DNA from: Patescibacteria group bacterium
Lineage (GTDB): Bacteria; Patescibacteriota; Gracilibacteria; Absconditabacterales; Absconditicoccaceae
Assembly (NCBI GenBank): GCA_017992195.1
Contig: JAGOPC010000003.1
Span: forward strand, 5,127 to 69,126
Direction: 5' to 3'
DNA length: 64,000 nucleotides
The position numbers and the translations under genes were made by a program. The notes under the pieces are model-generated. The model was not told where the DNA came from. It searched no databases and saw nothing but the letters and a program-made list of their open reading frames with translations. Positions 63,923 through 64,000 of this stretch are shown piece by piece (position 1 is the first letter of the stretch; each line of letters starts with the position of its first letter).

Positions 63923-64000
63923 AAGAGATCGATCGTTTATATAGCGAGCTTGAAAAGAAAGATGCAGCACTTGCTCATGCGGAAGAGCACGCTTCGAAGC
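63835..64000 (+). CDS. Hypothetical protein, 5' part (continues beyond the window)
   Basis: ATG at 63835. MSLFGFFKNVSTAIQKKTHRLKVAKKKELEEIDRLYSELEKKD... is open to the window end and overlaps the rnpA tail. The identity is not assignable. Confidence 0.35.
   Translation, partial: MSLFGFFKNVSTAIQKKTHRLKVAKKKELEEIDRLYSELEKKDAALAHAEEHASK

Noticed and set aside
63835-64000. Assigning the final partial ORF as FtsY, because its N-terminus MSLFGFFKN... resembles some FtsY starts.
   Set aside because: Only 55 residues of low-information coiled-coil sequence are visible and no NG-domain motif is present. It is left as hypothetical.
1-64000. Search for CRISPR arrays, IS elements, transposases, integrases, prophage genes, and rRNA or tRNA genes.
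   Set aside because: None were seen. The spacers are short, and the only sizeable non-coding gap is 29141-29714. The only repeats found are the short regulatory-type repeats reported above.

Overview
This is a dense, mostly housekeeping chromosomal segment with about 60 protein genes, short spacers and many hairpin+T-run terminators. The organism does not use the standard genetic code. The supplied standard-code ORF track breaks conserved genes (ftsH, gyrA, dnaE, class B PBP, obg, der, murD, rlmN, rlmH, nrnA and others) at in-frame TGA codons. These TGAs fall on conserved glycines, the pieces stay in one frame, and the frames end at TAA or TAG. TGA is therefore read as Gly (table 25; Absconditabacteria/SR1 or Gracilibacteria, Patescibacteria/CPR). 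CGG and CGA also sit at invariant Trp positions in at least seven unrelated enzymes, while true Arg positions use AGA/CGT/CGC/AGG. From memory, this Arg->Trp reassignment was inferred computationally for an Absconditabacterales clade. I re-joined all ORF fragments by hand under that code, so start codons and some ends are approximate. Recognised genes: proS, csaA, ftsH, rlmE, der, ybaB, tig, rlmH, obg, rlmN, nrnA, a PBP2/FtsI-type transpeptidase, hisS, dnaB, murD, gyrA, gyrB, ruvA, dnaE, holB, rnpA, an Elp3-type radical-SAM/GNAT enzyme, a Tam41-type CDP-DAG synthase, a MurJ/Wzx-type flippase, three Nudix domains, and pilin-like and peptidoglycan-lytic proteins. Main points for follow-up: (1) the double recoding; (2) dnaE split, without an intein, into a PHP-domain gene and a polymerase-core gene 4.2 kb apart; (3) a HisRS-Nudix fusion; (4) a roughly 415-nt non-coding unit with a consensus promoter and terminator that matches no RNA family I can recognise; (5) an amidase-SpoIID fusion; (6) a tandem AdoMetDC-fold pair (one catalytic-looking, one degenerate) next to two paralogous wHTH-like genes and a palindromic operator; (7) one ORF whose only plausible end is a TGA just before a terminator. 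I saw no rRNA, tRNA, CRISPR array, transposase or integrase. Everything was done by eye and no database search was run.
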